A DNA stretch of 47,573 bases from an uncultured Eubacteriales bacterium (GCA_964411395.1 CAYPKX010000005.1:2958-50530); one strand, 5' to 3'; counted from the stretch's first letter, positions 8,218 to 17,154 are shown. Program-made: numbers and translations. The notes: a model not told the origin generated them from the sequence alone.

Positions 8218-11200
8218 GTGTCTCACCCCCGGCGACGGAGTCTAAAAAACGCCTTCTTGATCGCCGGGTGTTTTGTCCTTTTTCCCCTGACCGCCGCGGC
8301 CTCCCTGCCGGAAGTCGAAGATCCGTCCATGGCTTTCGGATTCAAGCCGTATGGAGCCGATCATGGGCTCACCTCCACTTCGATAACGGCCCTGGTTCAG
8401 GATCCGGGCGGTTTTCTCTGGGTCGGGACCGAGGACGGCCTTTTCCGGCTGGAGGGCGAACGATTCCGGCGTTTCGGGACCGAGGAGGGATTGCCTTCCA
8501 ATTCCATCATCGATCTTTCCATCGCCCGGCCTCGCGGAATCTGGATTGAAACCAACAACGGCATCGTCCTGTGGGACGGAGGGCGTTTCCGCCGTCCCAG
8601 CAGCCTCGGGCTTCAGGGATTCGATGATCGTCCCGGCCTCCCTCTTCCGGCCGGCGGTATCATCATCTCCCATTACCAGTCCCAACAGAGATTTTTTTCT
8701 CCCTCCGACGGAAGCGATTTTCTCGAACTGAAAGGATTGCCCTGGGGGGGAGGGGCCTATTCCGCATTTTTCGACCCGGAGCGCAAACTCCTGGTCCTCG
8801 CCCTTATGGACGGGTTTTGGGAATGGAACGGCACAAATTGGAAGAGCCGCGTCCTGTTCGACGCCTCGGTTAAAAACAAAGCCGTCACCTCCGTCTGCAT
8901 CGATCGCCGGGGCCGCTATTGGCTCCGTCAGCCCGAACGGCTTTTTCGCCTCGACCGCTTCGATGCCCCCCTTGTCCAGGTTCCGACACCTGAGCCGTTA
9001 TCGGCGATCAATAGTACTTTTCTGGCCGAAGACGCGCTCGGCCGTATCTGGACGAATACCGCCCGGAGCCTGATCTGGATTTCCGAATCGGGGTCGGGCG
9101 TTCTCGGCGAGCGCCAGGGCCTGCCGCCCGGCGGAGCGTTTGTGTTTTTCATCGATTCCCAGGACACGCTCTGGGCCGGCGGCGACGGCGTCTTCAAGCT
9201 TCTTGGCGATTTTCTCTGGAAATCCTCGACCCGGGCCCAGGGACTTCCCGGCGAGGTCACCTGGTCCGTTTTGCGGACGCGGGACGGAAGGGTCTGGGCG
9301 GGGACGGCCGAAGGACTGGCCTACGGAACGCCGCAGGGATGGCGCATCGTTCCGGGGTCCGAACGGTTTCCGTTCATGGCCCTGTTTGAAGATGCCAAAG
9401 GCGTGGTCTGGGCCGGGCATTCTCCGCTGAGCGAAACGACCTCCGGTATTCTGAAAATTCTGCCGGGCCGGACCGAGGCCCGGCCCGTCGCGATCAGCGG
9501 CGGCAAGCTGACGAGCGTCGTTTGCGGAATCGCCCAGGGTCCCGGGGATTCGCTCTGGCTGGCAACGACTCTTTCCGGCTTGTACCGGGCTTTCCCGGAA
9601 CCGGGCGGCCTTAAGATCGAAGCCTTGGAAATCCCGGGCTGGCCGGCTTCCGAAGGGGCTATCTTGAATATCGCCGGCGACGGTTCCGGCGGGCTCTGGG
9701 TGGCCGGAGATCCGGGGGCCGCTCACTGGGACGGGAGGTCCTGGGCGGTACTTCCGAAACAAAGCCTTCGCGACCAGAATATGATCTCTGTTTTGCCGAT
9801 CGGTCCGGACAGCGCCTGGCTGGCGCCGAAAAACGGCAAGCAGCTCTCCCGCATTCTGAGGGAAGGATCCGTCCTTCGCCTGACCGAAACGCTTCCCCGG
9901 GCCCATCCGCTCTCCCAGGCGCTGATTTTCGGCCTGGGCCGGGACTCCCGGGGAGTGATCTGGGTGGCCACGGCCCGCGGACTCCTGCGCTGGGAAAACG
10001 GCCGGGTCGAGAAATACGGACGCAACGCCGGTCTCCCCGGCGAGGATTGCGCTCAGAACGCCCTCTGGGTGGACCCGAACGGCGATGTCTGGGCCGGCCT
10101 CAGCGTCGGACTGGCTCACGGGGAGATGAGACTCTGGAGCGAGCCGCAGCGTCCACCGCCGGCGGCCATACTGGACGCCAGGGATGGAGCCGATCGTTCC
10201 CTCTTCGATATCGGACCCGAGACGGCTATTCCCTGGAAAGTCAGCAGCGTGTTCTTCCGTTTCGCTGCGCGCGGCTCCAAGTGGACGGAGGGAATCGGCT
10301 TCCAGGTCCGGCTTGTGGGGCTGGAGGATGCCTGGCGGACCACGGATGTCAATGAAGCGCGTTATCCCAAGCTTCCCGCCGGGCATTACCGCTTCGAAGT
10401 CCGGACCTTCTCGGCGGCCAGGGAATTCGGTACCGCCGAGGGCGTCGATTTCTGGATCATCGCCCCATGGTGGCGGCGGTGGTGGGCTCAAGTGATCTGG
10501 AGCCTGCTCTTTCTTGGATTGGTCGGGCTTGTCTTTTGGCGCCGCACGAAGGTTCTCCGCCGCCGGAATGAATTTCTCGAGGCCATGATCGAAGCCCGGA
10601 CCGGGGAACTGGAGCAGGCTAACGAGGCGCTGCGTGAAGCCGTTCTGATCGATCCGCTGACGGGACTGTACAACCGCCGGTACCTGACCATCACCATGCC
10701 CGAAGAGGAAGCCCGTCTGCGCCGGATGTTCCGCAACTACTTCATGAAAGGCATCAGTCCGCTGAATCAGAACGAGGATTTGATCCTCTTCCTCGGCGAT
10801 ATGGATCATTTCAAGACGGTCAACGATACGCACGGTCATGCCGCGGGCGACCTGATGATCCAGGAGACGGCCAAGGTGTTGAAAAGCGTCTGCCGGACGG
10901 CGGATACTCTTGTCCGCTGGGGCGGCGAAGAGTTCATCCTGGTCGCCCGGCGCTCGGACCGGGAAAAAGCCGGATTGATCGCCGAAAAATTGTGCCAGGC
11001 GGTTCGAGAACATGAACTGACCCTGCCGGCCGGTCCCGTCCTCCGCTGTACGATTTCGTTCGGCTTCGCCGCCTTTCCCATCCTGGATCAGCACCCCGAA
11101 GCGTTCACCTGGGAAGACACGCTCCAGTTGGCCGACCAGTGCCTTTATGAAGCGAAGAACGCCGGTCGGAACGGATGGGTGGGTGTCCTGGCCACCGGTC

Positions 11201-11313
11201 CCCTGAATACTCCCGAGTATGCTCCCCGGCTCCGCTCCGACTTGAAGGGTTTGATCCGGGAAAGCCAGGTCCTGGTCGAATCGAGCTTCCCTCCGGATCG
11301 GGTTTTCCGCTAA
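8218..11313 (+). CDS. Membrane-anchored beta-propeller / Y_Y_Y sensor diguanylate cyclase (GGDEF)
   Basis: 1031 aa with a GTG start. N-terminal anchor NAFLIAGCFVLFPLTAAAS. Many propeller-type repeats (GFLWVGTEDGL, DTLWAGGDGV, GRVWAGTAEGL, GVIWVATARGL). Y_Y_Y-like segment YPKLPAGHYRFEVR, TM VIWSLLFLGLVGLVFW, coiled coil, then a GGDEF domain with GGEEF and an RTAD (RxxD) I-site 5 residues upstream. Confidence 0.85.
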   Translation: MSHPRRRSLKNAFLIAGCFVLFPLTAAASLPEVEDPSMAFGFKPYGADHGLTSTSITALVQDPGGFLWVGTEDGLFRLEGERFRRFGTEEGLPSNSIIDLSIARPRGIWIETNNGIVLWDGGRFRRPSSLGLQGFDDRPGLPLPAGGIIISHYQSQQRFFSPSDGSDFLELKGLPWGGGAYSAFFDPERKLLVLALMDGFWEWNGTNWKSRVLFDASVKNKAVTSVCIDRRGRYWLRQPERLFRLDRFDAPLVQVPTPEPLSAINSTFLAEDALGRIWTNTARSLIWISESGSGVLGERQGLPPGGAFVFFIDSQDTLWAGGDGVFKLLGDFLWKSSTRAQGLPGEVTWSVLRTRDGRVWAGTAEGLAYGTPQGWRIVPGSERFPFMALFEDAKGVVWAGHSPLSETTSGILKILPGRTEARPVAISGGKLTSVVCGIAQGPGDSLWLATTLSGLYRAFPEPGGLKIEALEIPGWPASEGAILNIAGDGSGGLWVAGDPGAAHWDGRSWAVLPKQSLRDQNMISVLPIGPDSAWLAPKNGKQLSRILREGSVLRLTETLPRAHPLSQALIFGLGRDSRGVIWVATARGLLRWENGRVEKYGRNAGLPGEDCAQNALWVDPNGDVWAGLSVGLAHGEMRLWSEPQRPPPAAILDARDGADRSLFDIGPETAIPWKVSSVFFRFAARGSKWTEGIGFQVRLVGLEDAWRTTDVNEARYPKLPAGHYRFEVRTFSAAREFGTAEGVDFWIIAPWWRRWWAQVIWSLLFLGLVGLVFWRRTKVLRRRNEFLEAMIEARTGELEQANEALREAVLIDPLTGLYNRRYLTITMPEEEARLRRMFRNYFMKGISPLNQNEDLILFLGDMDHFKTVNDTHGHAAGDLMIQETAKVLKSVCRTADTLVRWGGEEFILVARRSDREKAGLIAEKLCQAVREHELTLPAGPVLRCTISFGFAAFPILDQHPEAFTWEDTLQLADQCLYEAKNAGRNGWVGVLATGPLNTPEYAPRLRSDLKGLIRESQVLVESSFPPDRVFR

Positions 11314-12485
11314 TCGCTTGAAGGAATCTTCTCGCCGTATTTTTGAATAAAGCCGGCCAGGTCCCTGGCCGCCCGGCGGGCGATGTTTTCCAGGTAACCG
11401 GCCGCCCGGGCCATCGCGTCTTCGAGCGAGGCGGCTTCCGGAAGGATGGGATAGACAGCGGCGAAAAGATCCGGGACATAATCCGAAACCGCTCCGGCGA
11501 CGGAGCCGCAGTAAGCGATACAGGGGCGCTTCGTTTCCCGGGCCAGAGCGGAGATTCCCCAAACCGTTTTTCCCCGCCGGGATTGGGAGTCCAGCCGGCC
11601 CTCGCCGGTGATAATCAGGTCGGCCTGTTTTGCTTTCGATTTGATCTCCGCGGCTTCGATCAGGGCTGCGATTCCGGGTCGAAGATCGGCTCCGAGGAGA
11701 GACAACCCGGCGAATCCGAGCCCCCCGGCCGCGCCTGCACCGGGGACGTCGCGAAATTGATGTCCGACGGCCGCCTCGACCGCATCGGCGTATCGCCCGC
11801 CCGTTTCATCCAGAAATCGGACGGTTTCTGTGTCCGCCCCTTTTTGCGGGCCGAAAACCGCAGCGGCGCCGCGCGGCCCGAGTAGCGGATTATCGACATC
11901 GGCCAAAACGGTGAAGCGGATGTGGCGAATCCGGTCATCGAGCCCTCCAAGGTCGACGGATCGAACCGCGGCCAAATCGAACGGGCGGGGACTGAGGGAT
12001 TGTCCTCCGGCATCAAGAAAGCGGACCCCCAATTCAGCCGCCATCCCCGCGCCCCAGTCATTGGTCGCAGAACCGCCGAGTCCGATCCAAATCCGTTCCG
12101 GTTTCCGGTCGAGGGCGGACTTGATCTGCCGCCCCAGGCCTGCGGTGTTGGCGTGAAGGATGTCCGTCCTCGGCGCGACCAGAGTCAAGCCGCAGGTTTG
12201 GGCCGATTCGAAGAGAATGACCTTTCGGTCCGGCAGAAGGAGCGACTCGGCCCTCACGGGATCGCCGAACGGTCCCGGTGCGGCGGCAAAGAATATTTCT
12301 CCGCCGCAGGCCGAGGCAAAAGCGTCGATCGTTCCTTCGCCGCCGTCGGCCGTCGGAATAATCTCGATCTCCGCTTGAAGTCCGATTTCGGAAAAGCCGG
12401 AACGAATCCCGGCGGCGATCGCCGCTCCCGCTTCGGCCGAGCCGAGGGATCCCTTGAAGCTGTCGACGGCGATCAAAACGCGCAT
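11310..12485 (-). CDS. Glycerate kinase (Gly_kinase family)
   Basis: 391 aa. N-terminus MRVLIAVDSFKGSLGSAEAG and the overall pattern match the GlxK/GarK family as I recall it. SD GGAG ~9 nt upstream. Lies 18 nt downstream of the LarA-like gene. Confidence 0.85.
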   Translation of the reverse strand: MRVLIAVDSFKGSLGSAEAGAAIAAGIRSGFSEIGLQAEIEIIPTADGGEGTIDAFASACGGEIFFAAAPGPFGDPVRAESLLLPDRKVILFESAQTCGLTLVAPRTDILHANTAGLGRQIKSALDRKPERIWIGLGGSATNDWGAGMAAELGVRFLDAGGQSLSPRPFDLAAVRSVDLGGLDDRIRHIRFTVLADVDNPLLGPRGAAAVFGPQKGADTETVRFLDETGGRYADAVEAAVGHQFRDVPGAGAAGGLGFAGLSLLGADLRPGIAALIEAAEIKSKAKQADLIITGEGRLDSQSRRGKTVWGISALARETKRPCIAYCGSVAGAVSDYVPDLFAAVYPILPEAASLEDAMARAAGYLENIARRAARDLAGFIQKYGEKIPSSD

Positions 12486-12503
12486 CGGTCGAATCTCCGA
12501 CGG

Positions 12504-13817
12504 CTACGAGACGAGCGTCTCCGCTTCGGGAACGCAATACGGCCCCTCGGGAAAAACGGCCAGCCGTCCCCCTCCGGCCAAAGCTTCGTCGAGAACGGCC
12601 TGAACGGCCGGTCCGAGCCTGCCCCGCTCGGCGGCATGCCCGGTCAGGGTCAGCCCTGTTAGCGTCGAGGCCGACAGGCCGTCCGAGACGAAGTGCAGTC
12701 CGTGCGGCCCGACTTTTTCCAAAGCCCGGGCCTGCATCTGGAGCTCCCACTGGTCCCTGGTGAAGACACCCGGTTGGTTGATGTCGGCCAGGAAGTCGTT
12801 GAAGCGCCCTGCATATTTTTTTAAAAGATCGGCGTACTCGCGGCTCCCGAGGCCTTCAGAGCAGGTCCCGAAAGCGATGATCGTTCCGCCTTCACGAACG
12901 GCCGGGAGACACGAAACGAATCCCTTGACGCATTGGTAAAACGTCGCATCGAGAGGATATCCGCCGCAACCCGTCAGCACGATATCGGCCGGCTGCCGGA
13001 CCGGCCAGACGGCGCAGGACCGGACATAGTCGCAGGCCGCCTCGTGAGCCGGCTCGAGCGCCCCGGCATAGGCCCGGACCAGGCGGCGGGACCGGTCGAG
13101 AACGACATTGAGGGAGAAGTCGACGCCGGCGGCCCGGGCGACGGAAAGGGATTCTTCGTGAAGGGGATTTCCGGCCAGGACGGCGTTGGTCGCCCGCGGG
13201 TCGGCCAGCAGTTTCGCCCCGTGGAAGTTGCGGACGGTGTCGATCGAGGAAAGGCCGGGGCAGACCGCTTTCCTTCCCCCGGAGTAGCCGGCCATGAAAT
13301 GCGGCTCCACCAGACCAGTCACGAGACGGAAACCGGCTTCGACGAAACGCCGGTTCAGCCGGATGGTCGCCCCGGTGGCGCTCCGTCCGGCGACGGCGGC
13401 CAGGCCGAGGGGATCCTCCGCTCGGTGGTCTTCGATCCGGTAGCGTTCGATGACTTCCTCGCCGAACATTTCCCGCCGTTCTTCGCCGGTGCTCGGCCGG
13501 TGCATGCCCGTGGCCACAAGAACGAGGATTTCAGACCGGGGGACGCCGGCCGAGGCGATTTCGGCCAGAAGCGGCGCCAGAAAATCCCGGTAGGGAATGG
13601 GCCGGGTGAAATCCGAGACGACGACGACAACGTCTCCCGTCCGCCGGCCGGCCAACGCGGTCCGAAGCGGCGCCGTTCCGAGAGGAGCCCGGACGGCGTC
13701 CAGAACGAGGGAGACCGCCGGTTTGATCGTAACGGGGTAGGCTGTGACATACAGCTCGGCGTCGCCCGGAATCCGGAGGATGATCTCCTCCCGTCCGGCC
13801 GGCGCCCTCACGTCCAT
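12504..13817 (-). CDS. LarA-family nickel-pincer-nucleotide-dependent 2-hydroxyacid racemase/epimerase homolog
   Basis: 437 aa. Motifs ATGMHRP, EPH-x7-GGRK and NFHG. The His/Lys/His spacing (+10, +16) equals L. plantarum LarA His174/Lys184/His200 as I recall, and the upstream His sits 67 residues before it (66 in LarA). ATG is 5 nt after the valS stop. Confidence 0.8.
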   Translation of the reverse strand: MDVRAPAGREEIILRIPGDAELYVTAYPVTIKPAVSLVLDAVRAPLGTAPLRTALAGRRTGDVVVVVSDFTRPIPYRDFLAPLLAEIASAGVPRSEILVLVATGMHRPSTGEERREMFGEEVIERYRIEDHRAEDPLGLAAVAGRSATGATIRLNRRFVEAGFRLVTGLVEPHFMAGYSGGRKAVCPGLSSIDTVRNFHGAKLLADPRATNAVLAGNPLHEESLSVARAAGVDFSLNVVLDRSRRLVRAYAGALEPAHEAACDYVRSCAVWPVRQPADIVLTGCGGYPLDATFYQCVKGFVSCLPAVREGGTIIAFGTCSEGLGSREYADLLKKYAGRFNDFLADINQPGVFTRDQWELQMQARALEKVGPHGLHFVSDGLSASTLTGLTLTGHAAERGRLGPAVQAVLDEALAGGGRLAVFPEGPYCVPEAETLVS

Positions 13818-13822
13818 TGGTC

Positions 13823-16800
13823 TTATGATCCGATGTCCCGGAGGCCCGCGTCAAGGGCTTCGATCTGGGCCCGGCCTTCCTGGAGCTTTTTCCGCTCTTT
13901 TTCGACGACATCGGCCGGAGCCCGGGCGATGAATCCTTCATTGCCCAGCTTGGACTCGATCTTGTTGATGTCTTCGACGAGCTTGATCCGCTTGGCCGTC
14001 AAACGCTCTCGCTCCTTGGCCGGGTCGATCAGTCCGGGGACGAAAATCTCCTGGTTCCCGACGACTTGGACGGAGGCGCCGGACGGACGGGCGACGCCGG
14101 GACCGGCTTCGAGCGACTGGAGGTTGGCCAGGTGAAGGATCAGCGGCCGGAGCCGTCCAAGAACTTCCGCTTCTTTATCGGATGTCCGGACGGAGACGGT
14201 CAGCTTGATCCCGGGGGAGGTGCCGTGGCGGGCACGAAGGTCGCGGATGGCCCGGACGAGATCGAAGGCGAGGCCGAAATCCGCTTCGAGCGCGTCCTCT
14301 TCCCATTGGGGATGGGGAGCGGGCCAGGCGGCTTGGAGGAGCAGGGGGGACGTCGGGAGCGGGGCGATCAAGCCGCGGACCGGGCACTGGACGTTCAAAC
14401 GCTCCCACAGTGCCTCGGTGATGAACGGGACAAAGGGATGGAGGAGACGCAGAATATGATCGAAGGCCAGGGCCAGGACGGAGCGGGCCTTGGGGGCCGC
14501 CGCGTCGTCCCGCATCCGGGGTTTGATGATTTCGAGATAGCGGTCGCACAGGTCGCCCCAGAAAAAGTCGCGGGCCGCGCCGACGGCGGCCGAGGGATTG
14601 TAGGCCCGAAGCTCATCGTCCACCTTCCGGATGACCTTGGAAAGACGGGAGAGGATCCAGCGGTCCTCTTCAGCCAGTTCGGAGCCCGGGAGCGGCCGGA
14701 ACGGATGATCGCCCAGGTTTTGGAACATGAACCGGGCCGCGTTCCACAGCTTGGTGCAGAAGGCCCGGCCGATCTCGAAGCGCTCGCTGATGATCCTGGC
14801 CGCCGGCAGGTCGGGCATGGTTCCGAGAACGTCGAATTCCTTGCCGGTTTTCGGGTCGATGTAGGTGAAAATCGACCGGCCGTGCCTGGCCGTGGCCAGA
14901 TCGACGAGTTCCCCGGTGAAGGGGGAAACGGCCTGGACCGGGAGGCGGATGTCCTGAGTCCCCGTCTGCATATCGCACAGAACGTAGCGCATGGCGTCCG
15001 TCCCGTATTTTTCGATGATATCTTCGGGGTCGATTCCGTTGCCCTTGCTTTTGGACATCCGTTCGCCCTTGCCGTCCTGGATGTTGGCGTGAATAAAGCT
15101 CGCGGTGAAGGGGACGTCGCCGCGAAGATAGAGGCCCATGATCATCATTCGGGCAACCCAGAGGGTGATGATGTCGCGGGCGGTGACGAGGCAGGATCCG
15201 GGATAGTAGTAATTCAGGCAGTCGTCGAGGCCGGGTTCCGCGGCGGTAAGAGGGCGCTGCCCGGCGTCGACGGCCGCGGTAGCCGGATCGGGCCAGCCCA
15301 GGGTCGACATCGGCCAGAGGGCCGAACTGAACCAGGTGTCGAGAACATCGGGGTCCCGGGCCAGGCCGGCGGCGGCGAGCCGGTCGGCTTGCCCGGCTTC
15401 GGCCGCTTCGGTGCGGAACGAGACCAGGATCGAATAATTCCGATCGGGAACAAGGCCGGAAAGGGAAGAGGCAGGGTAGGAGTTGCCGGCGTCGTCGGCG
15501 ATCCAGGTGTGCATATCTTCCGTTTCGGTCCGGGCCAGGCCGGCGATGATTCCCGGAATTGCGGCTCCCGGAAAGGCGGCGTGCCAAATCGGGATGCGGT
15601 GGCCCCACCACAGCTGGCGGCTGATGCACCAATCGCGCTTTTCTCCGAGCCAGGCCCGAAAGGTGCCGCCGTAGCGTTCGTCGTCCGGGGCGAAAGCCAG
15701 TCGGCGTCCGGTCGCCGATCGATATCCGGGAAGAGAGGCTTCGATGGCCGCCTGGGCCAGGCCGTGGGCCTGGAATTCGTTGGCCGTGCCCTTGCCGCAG
15801 ACGATGCCTCCCGGAATATCGCCCATCCGGATGAACCACTGCTTGCTGAGGTAGGGCTCAATCGGCGTTTTCGACCTGTCGGAATGGCCGACTTCCATTT
15901 CCCGGTCCTCGACGGATTCGAGCCGTCCGGCGGATTTCAGGTCGGCCACAACCCGCTTGCGGACTTCGAAGCGGTCGAGTCCGGCGTAAGGCCCGGCGGC
16001 GGCGTTGAGCGTCCCGTCGGGATTCAGGATATTGATAATCCCGATCTCAGCCTTGTGGCGCTCCCAGACGGCGTAGTCGTTGGGATCGTGGGCCGGGGTG
16101 ATCTTGACACAACCGGTGCCAAGGGCGGGGTCGGCCCATTCGTCCAGGATGAGAGGAAGGGAGCGGTGAAGGAGCGGCAGGTCGATTCGGCGGCCGTTGA
16201 GGGCCATGTCCCGAAGCTTCAAGAGCCCGGGCAGGATGTCTTCGCGCCGGGCCAGGAGGTTTTCAAGCGACTTTTCCAGCTCGACCCGGTCTTTCTTCGA
16301 GGCGGTTTCGATCTTGTCCTGGAGCTCCGCGATCCGGCGTTCGATTTCGCCGTCCGGGTCCGGGTGGACGGCGACGGCCGTGTCGCCGAGCATGGTTTCG
16401 GGACGGGTCGTGGCCACGATGACGAATTCCGGCTCGCCTGGTTTGCGGTCGATGATGGGGTAACGGATGTGCCAGAAATGACCCCGAACGGTCTCGTGGA
16501 CGATTTCGTCGTCGGAAACGGCCGTCTGGAGCTGGCAGTCCCAGTTGACCAGACGATCGCCTCGGTAGATCAATCCGTCGGCGAAGAGGCGGAAAAACGC
16601 TTCCCGGACGGCTCGGGCGCAGACGGCGTCCATGGTGAAGCGTTGGCGCTTCCAGTCGCAGGAACAACCCATGCTCTGCTGTTGGCGGATGATTCGGGCC
16701 TGGTACTCGTCTTTCCAGGTCCAGATCCGGGCGACCAGGGCTTCCCGTCCCAGATCGTGGCGGGTTTTGCCTTCGAGCTCGAAGAGCCGCTTTTCGACGA

Positions 16801-17077
16801 CCGCTTGCGTGGCGATGCCGGCGTGGTCGGTCCCCGGCATCCAGAGGGTGTTGTCTCCGGCCATCCGGTGCCAGCGGATGAGGAGGTCCTGCATCACGTT
16901 GTCCATGGCATGGCCCATGTGCAGGGCGCCGGTGACGTTCGGCAGGGGCATCATGATGACGTAGCGGCCGGCCCGGCCGTCGGGGACGGCGGCGAAGGCG
17001 TCGGCTTCGAGCCAGCGTTCCGTGATCCGGCGCTCGTATTGAGCCGGCTCGTACAGTTTCGGGATCTCATCCGCCAT
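13823..17077 (-). CDS. valS: Valine--tRNA ligase
   Basis: 1084 aa. HIGH-type motif HMGHA in PNVTGALHMGHAMDN and KMSKS-type motif RMSKSKGN. ValRS-like N-terminus (KLYEPAQYERRITERW), DTWFSS, and a C-terminal coiled coil. Confidence 0.95.
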   Translation of the reverse strand: MADEIPKLYEPAQYERRITERWLEADAFAAVPDGRAGRYVIMMPLPNVTGALHMGHAMDNVMQDLLIRWHRMAGDNTLWMPGTDHAGIATQAVVEKRLFELEGKTRHDLGREALVARIWTWKDEYQARIIRQQQSMGCSCDWKRQRFTMDAVCARAVREAFFRLFADGLIYRGDRLVNWDCQLQTAVSDDEIVHETVRGHFWHIRYPIIDRKPGEPEFVIVATTRPETMLGDTAVAVHPDPDGEIERRIAELQDKIETASKKDRVELEKSLENLLARREDILPGLLKLRDMALNGRRIDLPLLHRSLPLILDEWADPALGTGCVKITPAHDPNDYAVWERHKAEIGIINILNPDGTLNAAAGPYAGLDRFEVRKRVVADLKSAGRLESVEDREMEVGHSDRSKTPIEPYLSKQWFIRMGDIPGGIVCGKGTANEFQAHGLAQAAIEASLPGYRSATGRRLAFAPDDERYGGTFRAWLGEKRDWCISRQLWWGHRIPIWHAAFPGAAIPGIIAGLARTETEDMHTWIADDAGNSYPASSLSGLVPDRNYSILVSFRTEAAEAGQADRLAAAGLARDPDVLDTWFSSALWPMSTLGWPDPATAAVDAGQRPLTAAEPGLDDCLNYYYPGSCLVTARDIITLWVARMMIMGLYLRGDVPFTASFIHANIQDGKGERMSKSKGNGIDPEDIIEKYGTDAMRYVLCDMQTGTQDIRLPVQAVSPFTGELVDLATARHGRSIFTYIDPKTGKEFDVLGTMPDLPAARIISERFEIGRAFCTKLWNAARFMFQNLGDHPFRPLPGSELAEEDRWILSRLSKVIRKVDDELRAYNPSAAVGAARDFFWGDLCDRYLEIIKPRMRDDAAAPKARSVLALAFDHILRLLHPFVPFITEALWERLNVQCPVRGLIAPLPTSPLLLQAAWPAPHPQWEEDALEADFGLAFDLVRAIRDLRARHGTSPGIKLTVSVRTSDKEAEVLGRLRPLILHLANLQSLEAGPGVARPSGASVQVVGNQEIFVPGLIDPAKERERLTAKRIKLVEDINKIESKLGNEGFIARAPADVVEKERKKLQEGRAQIEALDAGLRDIGS

Positions 17078-17142
17078 GGTCGTTTCCTTTATCGTCGATG
17101 GCGAACCCTGTTTTTACCCTAAGCGGGCCGGGTTGCCAAAAC

Positions 17143-17154
17143 GGGGGGGGGGGG
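17143..17154. repeat. Homopolymeric G12 (C12 on the valS strand) tract
   Basis: Counted directly: 12 consecutive G at 17143-17154. The tract begins 66 nt upstream of the valS ATG (17077) and ends 5 nt before the stop codon (17160-17162) of the nucleotidyltransferase-fold gene. Confidence 0.9.

Noticed and set aside
8998-11562. 854-aa minus-strand ORF antisense to the diguanylate cyclase gene
   Set aside because: Same reasoning: low-complexity Arg/Pro/Gly composition, no motifs, and it overlaps two well-supported genes (the cyclase and glycerate kinase).
14066-17122. 1018-aa plus-strand ORF antisense to valS
   Set aside because: valS on the minus strand carries HIGH/KMSKS motifs. The plus-frame product is Gly/Asp/Arg-rich with no identifiable domain.
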